Of a stretch of DNA of 64,000 bases, positions 58,779 through 64,000 are shown one piece after another. The first letter of the stretch is position 1, and each line of letters starts with the position of its first letter. This DNA comes from Actinomycetes bacterium (GTDB taxonomy: Bacteria; Actinomycetota; Acidimicrobiia; Acidimicrobiales; Bog-793). Below the pieces are notes generated by a model, which did no database searches, had not been told where the DNA came from, and worked only from the letters and a program-made list of their open reading frames with translations. Position numbers and translations under genes: made by a program. The stretch covers positions 599-64,598 of the forward strand of contig JAJZMK010000093.1 in the NCBI GenBank assembly GCA_021798275.1, in the 5' to 3' direction.

Positions 58779-60778
58779 GTTGGCAGTGGAATAAGCTCAG
58801 AGGCAGCGGGAAAGCGACTCTTCGCGAATTTAGACAAAAAGAGAAACGTTCCAAAAAAATTGCTGCCGAGAAAGCATCCGCCCATATTTCCTGGCGCATT
58901 AGTGCCATCGGGGTAATATCGCTCGCTCTCGTTGTGGTCTTAGCCCTTCGCCTATGGTCTATACAGGTACTAAACGCCTCTGTGTATAAAAAAATGGCGA
59001 ACCAGACTATCATCAAGAAAGTCCCTATCGATCCACCCAGAGGACTTATCCTGACAAGATCCGGGCAGGTTCTGGCTGGTGATGTTTCAGAAGAAGTTGT
59101 CACCATCAAACCGACCATAGGACCGACTGGTAAAAATTGGGTTGCGTTGGATCCGAATGGGGAAGCTAACGTATCGGCTTTGCTGGGTATCAAAGAATCT
59201 CAGATATACACTGACATGAACAATGTTCAAAATATTCCTTATCAACCTGTACCTATAGCTTATGGGGTGAATCAGCAAGATATATTGCAGATTAACGAGC
59301 ATCCTAACGAGTATGGCGGTATTGCCGTAGAACAGCAGTACTTGCGTACGTATCCTCAAAATTCTCTGGCCTCGCAAGTAATAGGTTATGTCGGTCAAAT
59401 CAATTCGTTAGAGTATCAAAGTGTAGCCAAAACAGGTATTTACAGTGAGAACGATCCCACGTATGGCCAAACAGGTTTGGAGGCCTCGTATGAGAAGTAT
59501 CTTTACGGAAAGCCCGGTTATCAATTAGAGGAAGTGGATCCGGCCGGTAATCCCGTGGCCTATATAGGAGTTACTCCTCCACAGGCCGGAGACTCGGTAG
59601 TCTTGAATATGGATTACGGCCTGGAAAAGACGCTGACTAATGACTTAACGCAACATCTTATAGCTCTTAGGAACGGCCAATTCGGAGGACCTTATCCCGC
59701 TCCCTCCGGAGCCGGTGTGGTTATCAACATCCATAACGGGCATGTCTTGGCCATGGTTTCGGTTCCCGGTTATAACAACAATCTATGGGTGGGGGGAATT
59801 TCCAACGCGGCCTATCAAAATCTCGTCAATGCTTACGGGTATCCTTTAAATAACTACGCCATACAAAGTCCTAACCCACCTGGTTCGGACTTCAAGATCG
59901 CCACGTCGACTGCCGCTTTAGATGATGGCCTCATTACCCCCAGTTATGAATTCTATGACCCCGGTTATTATACGGTCGGTAACTTAACATTACATGACGC
60001 TCCGGGTGATCACCCGGGGTGGATTACGGTGGTACCGGCCTTGGCACTCTCAAGTGACGACTTCTTTTACAATATAGGTGCCATGTTTTGGCAGCAGCAA
60101 TCAAAGTATGGCGTTACTCCAATTCAAAATATGGCGGCCAAGTACGGCTTTGGGGTCCCATCCGGTGTGGATTTACCGCAAGTCGATAACGGGCAGGTAG
60201 ACTCGCCTTCTCTCAGAAAAGTCTTACATAAGTTGGCCCCTGCCGTCTATCCTTCTACGTATTACGAAGGTGACAATATGGAAATGGCTTTCGGGCAGGG
60301 AGAGACTTTGATAACTCCCTTGGAACTGGCGAATGCTTACGCTACTTTTGCTAACGGCGGAACAAGATATGCCCCGGAGATGGCCAACGCCATAATATCT
60401 CCATCCGGCAAGATAGTAACAAAAATCGCACCGAAAGTTATGGCGCACGTTCCTTATGGCTCACAGGCCAATTACCAGGCTATACTGGCCGGTTTTGAAG
60501 GAGCTGTAGACAACCCAATAGGTACGGCATATCAGGATTTTACCAACTTCCCATTGAATAAATGGGAAGTTGCCGGAAAGACAGGTACGGCAACCGTCCG
60601 TCACGGTTTCCCCCCCACGGCTTGGTTTGTGGCATTTTTCGGCCCTATCGGCAATCCCGAATACGCTGCGGCAGTGGAGGTGTCGGCCGGTGGCTATGGG
60701 ACAAGTGGGGCCGCTCCTGTCGTCAGACAAATTATCGATTATCTGATGTCAAATCCTCCTCCAAAAGTTAAATACTAA
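58775..60778 (+). CDS. mrdA: Class B penicillin-binding protein 2
   Basis: PPRGLI, GQTGLE..YE..L.G, PGSDFK (SxxK), SSD and KTGT motifs. Confidence 0.9.
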   Translation: MSWQWNKLRGSGKATLREFRQKEKRSKKIAAEKASAHISWRISAIGVISLALVVVLALRLWSIQVLNASVYKKMANQTIIKKVPIDPPRGLILTRSGQVLAGDVSEEVVTIKPTIGPTGKNWVALDPNGEANVSALLGIKESQIYTDMNNVQNIPYQPVPIAYGVNQQDILQINEHPNEYGGIAVEQQYLRTYPQNSLASQVIGYVGQINSLEYQSVAKTGIYSENDPTYGQTGLEASYEKYLYGKPGYQLEEVDPAGNPVAYIGVTPPQAGDSVVLNMDYGLEKTLTNDLTQHLIALRNGQFGGPYPAPSGAGVVINIHNGHVLAMVSVPGYNNNLWVGGISNAAYQNLVNAYGYPLNNYAIQSPNPPGSDFKIATSTAALDDGLITPSYEFYDPGYYTVGNLTLHDAPGDHPGWITVVPALALSSDDFFYNIGAMFWQQQSKYGVTPIQNMAAKYGFGVPSGVDLPQVDNGQVDSPSLRKVLHKLAPAVYPSTYYEGDNMEMAFGQGETLITPLELANAYATFANGGTRYAPEMANAIISPSGKIVTKIAPKVMAHVPYGSQANYQAILAGFEGAVDNPIGTAYQDFTNFPLNKWEVAGKTGTATVRHGFPPTAWFVAFFGPIGNPEYAAAVEVSAGGYGTSGAAPVVRQIIDYLMSNPPPKVKY

Positions 60779-61291
60779 GCTCTTTGTTGGATCTATGATG
60801 TGTCCCAAAGCCTTCATATCTTGTGCTTATGATAAAAAGCATTTACCGCCTTCTGTTGTTTTCAAAGCAACAAAGTTCGTCGATGAAATGGCTTTCCCAC
60901 TACCCCTAGCAGTCATATTCTAAATTTGCCAAGTTAACAGCAAAGTTTGTCTGTAATTTGATTACTTTAACGGTACTATTAAGAACAAGATGACATTTGT
61001 AACACAAGATTTACCTGAGACAGCACAACAGTTTTTTTCATGCGTCTTGGGAGCTCTTGTGGTAATTGCCGCAGTAAGCTGCTTCTATATAAAAGTCAAT
61101 TACCTCTATTTACAAGGTAGTTTGGGAACAGACTGTGATATAAATCCCAAACACAATCAAGGTTCGCCAAGATCCTTTATTGACAAACCTTTGTATGGAT
61201 TGACCCATAAGTCGTCTTTAGATCCATATTTTTCTATTTCAAACCAGAGCCCTAATAAAAAATCCGAGGGCCTGGGAAAGGGATTTTTCCA

Positions 61292-63259
61292 ATGTCGCAT
61301 TTTTCACCAAATCAAAACGAGGGTGAACCTAAATCAGACAATTACACCAATAAGGCAAATCAGCCTGAATATGATTTTTTGGTTCAACAAAACTCCGATA
61401 ACTCACACCAAGAGGCCATCTCTGTTTTTAAGGATGGTGGCAATGGAGATCCGGTAAGCAATCGGAAACCCGTTGTCGGAGACCGTGGTGTCTCTAAAAG
61501 ACCCTATCAACAAAAGCAATTTGTAAAGCCTCATCCTCAAAAGACTTTATCTGCCGATGATGGGGATCATCGAAATGTCATAGGTATTACAAACAAATCC
61601 TCCGAGGTGGCAGATAAGATCATGTCTCCATCAGAGGCAATCTTATCGGCTACAGATCGTGGATACAATAATTCCGCGCAGCGTCGAATTGCGCTAAAGA
61701 CTGCTGAAAAGCCCGGGAGCGCCGTCTTTGCGGCGACAGAAAGCGAAGAAGTCACTCTAAACAGTGCTGAAGTGTCGGTAAAACGTGAAGTCGGCGAAAC
61801 TTTGCCCAATAAGCGAAATCCCCGCAACAATACAAACCGTCGCCGTGTGGAACGGCAAAAAGATTATAAGTTGACAGAATCTCCCGATTCTCTACCAAAG
61901 CAGACCGTAAGCACAGACCCATCTATTCGTCAAGGCCGCTACAGTAGAAAACCATCATCAAATACAGGTCGCCAACTTGGCAGATATTTGATGTGCGTAC
62001 ATGTGCGGAGCGATGCGACAGAGATCGCCGTTGTCGAAGGACGAAGGCTCGTGGAACATCACGTCGCCAAAGAGAGAGACAACGGTAACCAGATAGACGG
62101 GAATATCTACTATGGCCGGGTTATCAATGTCTTGCCGGGGATGGAAGCCGCTTTTGTCGATATCGGAACCCCCAAAAACGCGGTTTTATATTGGGGAGAT
62201 GTTCAATTGGAAGATGAGGAGAAGGATTCCGATACGGATTCCGTTGTCAAATTCCATACAAAGAGAATAGAACAGTTATTAAAACCAGGCCAGATGATAC
62301 TTTGTCAGGTTACCAAGAATCCTATAGGCTTAAAGGGCGCCCGGCTCACCCAGGAAATATCTTTAGCGGGGCGCTTTGTGGTCTTGATGCCAGGAAGCGA
62401 TTCCGCCGGTATTTCCAAGCGTCTCGATGATCACGAAAGAAAAAGGCTGCGTAAGTTTATCGACGATGTAAAGCCGCAAAATTGTGGCCTAATTGTCAGG
62501 ACTGCTGCGGCCGGTGTTTCCATAGCGGAGCTACAGGCCGATGTGGAGCAATTGAGTTCCAAATGGGCTGAGATTGAATTAAAGATAAAGAGCAGCAAAG
62601 GCCCAGAACTCCTCTATAGCGAACCTCATATGGCCATGAGGGTAATCAGAGAAGAACTTAATGATAATTATCGGGCTGTGATCATTGACGATCACGAGTT
62701 ATATCTGCTGCTGAAGTCGTATGTGGAAGATTTCGACCCGTATCTGGCCGAGAAAATATCATATTATGACGTCGGAGTTGAAAAGCTTCCCATATATGAG
62801 AAGTATTCCATTCACGAACAGCTTCATAAAGCCTTAGATAAGAAAGTTTGGTTAAGCTCCGGTGGATCACTGATCATAGAAAGAACCGAAGCCTTGACTG
62901 TTATTGACGTAAACACGGGCAAAAACGTGGGTAAGTCTTCACTCGGTGAAACCGTGTATCAAAATAACATGGAAGCGGCGCGGGAGATAGCCAGACAATT
63001 GCGTCTTCGTGATATAGGCGGCATAATAGTAATAGATTTTATCGATATGGAAGATAAAGCCCACCGCGATATGGTTGTTTCCATATTGCGCCAAGCTTTA
63101 GCTGAAGATAAAACACCTACTCAGGTCTACCCTATATCCGATTTGGGCTTGGTAGAAATGACGCGCAAACGCATCGGCGAAGGCCTTGTTGAATCTTTGT
63201 CGGATGAATGTCCCCATTGCCATGGGATGGGATATATCTTTGAAAATAGGATAAAGTAG
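61292..63259 (+). CDS. rne: Rne/Rng-family ribonuclease with a long disordered N-terminal extension
   Basis: GNIY.GRV..VLPGMEAAFVDIG, KGARLT, IDVNTG, GGIIVIDFIDM and CPHC.G.G motifs. Confidence 0.92.
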   Translation: MSHFSPNQNEGEPKSDNYTNKANQPEYDFLVQQNSDNSHQEAISVFKDGGNGDPVSNRKPVVGDRGVSKRPYQQKQFVKPHPQKTLSADDGDHRNVIGITNKSSEVADKIMSPSEAILSATDRGYNNSAQRRIALKTAEKPGSAVFAATESEEVTLNSAEVSVKREVGETLPNKRNPRNNTNRRRVERQKDYKLTESPDSLPKQTVSTDPSIRQGRYSRKPSSNTGRQLGRYLMCVHVRSDATEIAVVEGRRLVEHHVAKERDNGNQIDGNIYYGRVINVLPGMEAAFVDIGTPKNAVLYWGDVQLEDEEKDSDTDSVVKFHTKRIEQLLKPGQMILCQVTKNPIGLKGARLTQEISLAGRFVVLMPGSDSAGISKRLDDHERKRLRKFIDDVKPQNCGLIVRTAAAGVSIAELQADVEQLSSKWAEIELKIKSSKGPELLYSEPHMAMRVIREELNDNYRAVIIDDHELYLLLKSYVEDFDPYLAEKISYYDVGVEKLPIYEKYSIHEQLHKALDKKVWLSSGGSLIIERTEALTVIDVNTGKNVGKSSLGETVYQNNMEAAREIARQLRLRDIGGIIVIDFIDMEDKAHRDMVVSILRQALAEDKTPTQVYPISDLGLVEMTRKRIGEGLVESLSDECPHCHGMGYIFENRIK

Positions 63260-63460
63260 GTTTTACTCAGATCCTGATTTGGAAAGCAAAACCCAAAAGC
63301 GAAGCTAAGCTCACAGAAAGACTACGAGCAACTTTTCGAGAAGTAACTTATGACTTTGGTAAGTGATTTGAGAGCTTGGTTAAAAATAATCACCCAAAGA
63401 TATAAACAATTGCGATAACTGCGTTTTGACGGGTAAGTTTATTGCTATGATCAATAACCT

Positions 63461-63778
63461 ATGTACGCAGTCATCGCATCCGGAGGAAAACAAGAAAAGG
63501 TAGAAGTCGGTTCCATAGTGGAATTAGAGCTCCTTTCAGCTAATATCGACGAAGAAGTTACGCTTGCCCCAGTCTTGCTTGTTGACGGTGCGAATATCGT
63601 AGCGTCTCCCAAGTTACTTGAGAAAACCTCTGTAAAGGGCAAAGTGTTGGGCGAAACTAAAGGCAAAAAGATAGTCGGTTTTACTTACCGTCCGAAAGCC
63701 AGAGCCAGAAGGCGCTTTGGTCATCGTCAGCACTACAGCCAAGTCGAGATTACGGAAATAAATCTAGCTGCTAAGTAA
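63461..63778 (+). CDS. rplU: 50S ribosomal protein L21
   Basis: MYAVI..GGKQ.KV and GHRQ motifs. Confidence 0.96.
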   Translation: MYAVIASGGKQEKVEVGSIVELELLSANIDEEVTLAPVLLVDGANIVASPKLLEKTSVKGKVLGETKGKKIVGFTYRPKARARRRFGHRQHYSQVEITEINLAAK

Positions 63779-63851
63779 GATAGAATTCGGTTCATATCTG
63801 CACTCTGGCCGTGACGGTTTTGGTAAATGATTTTGAAAAGGAAGTTGATAA

Positions 63852-64000
63852 ATGTCAAAGACTAAAGGTGGCGGTTCAACCAGGAACGGCAGGGATTCTG
63901 CCGCCCAGCGTTTGGGAGTTAAAAGTTCTGACGGGACTTTGGTACAGTCCGGCTCTATTATAGTACGACAGAGAGGTACCCATTTTCACCCCGGAATAAA
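63852..64000 (+). CDS. rpmA: 50S ribosomal protein L27, 3'-truncated by the window edge
   Basis: [34 protein letters not shown]; follows rplU. Confidence 0.95.
   Translation, partial: MSKTKGGGSTRNGRDSAAQRLGVKSSDGTLVQSGSIIVRQRGTHFHPGI

Noticed and set aside
60990..61457. 155-aa ORF overlapping the rne start, considered as a rodA remnant
   Set aside because: Only one hydrophobic stretch, no SEDS motifs, and it overlaps rne out of frame.

Overview
A largely core-chromosome segment from an Actinomycetota bacterium, probably Acidimicrobiia-like and unusually AT-rich for the phylum by eye. The assignment rests on WhiB, a PPOX/F420 oxidoreductase, an ArsA pair, GuaB3, mreBCD and an actinobacterial-type RNase E. 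A G1 glutamic peptidase hints at an acidic habitat. The window holds housekeeping blocks (tig-clpP-clpX-folC-ndk, CIRCE-groES-groEL, dcd, pcrA, orn, dut, mreB-mreC-mreD-mrdA, rne-rplU-rpmA) and four tRNAs (2 Pro, 2 Gly). Downstream of tRNA-Gly(GCC) lies an AT-rich three-gene block: a YhaO/Mre11-like nuclease, a YhaN/Rad50-like ATPase and an ABC-ATPase-TOPRIM (OLD-like) protein, a candidate defence locus. I saw no integrase, transposase, CRISPR array or rRNA. The most unusual signal is structural. Most intergenic spacers I examined, and many apparent in-frame insertions or linkers inside ordinary proteins, consist of nested inverted repeats that could fold into 50-300 nt rod-like hairpins, with no shared primary sequence that I could see. 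All pairings were found by eye and need a shuffled-sequence control. Other points of note: a CADD-like pABA synthase candidate, a GuaB3 lacking the catalytic Cys, a glutaredoxin plus second groES unit behind a CsoR/RicR-type operator, and an mre cluster without rodA.
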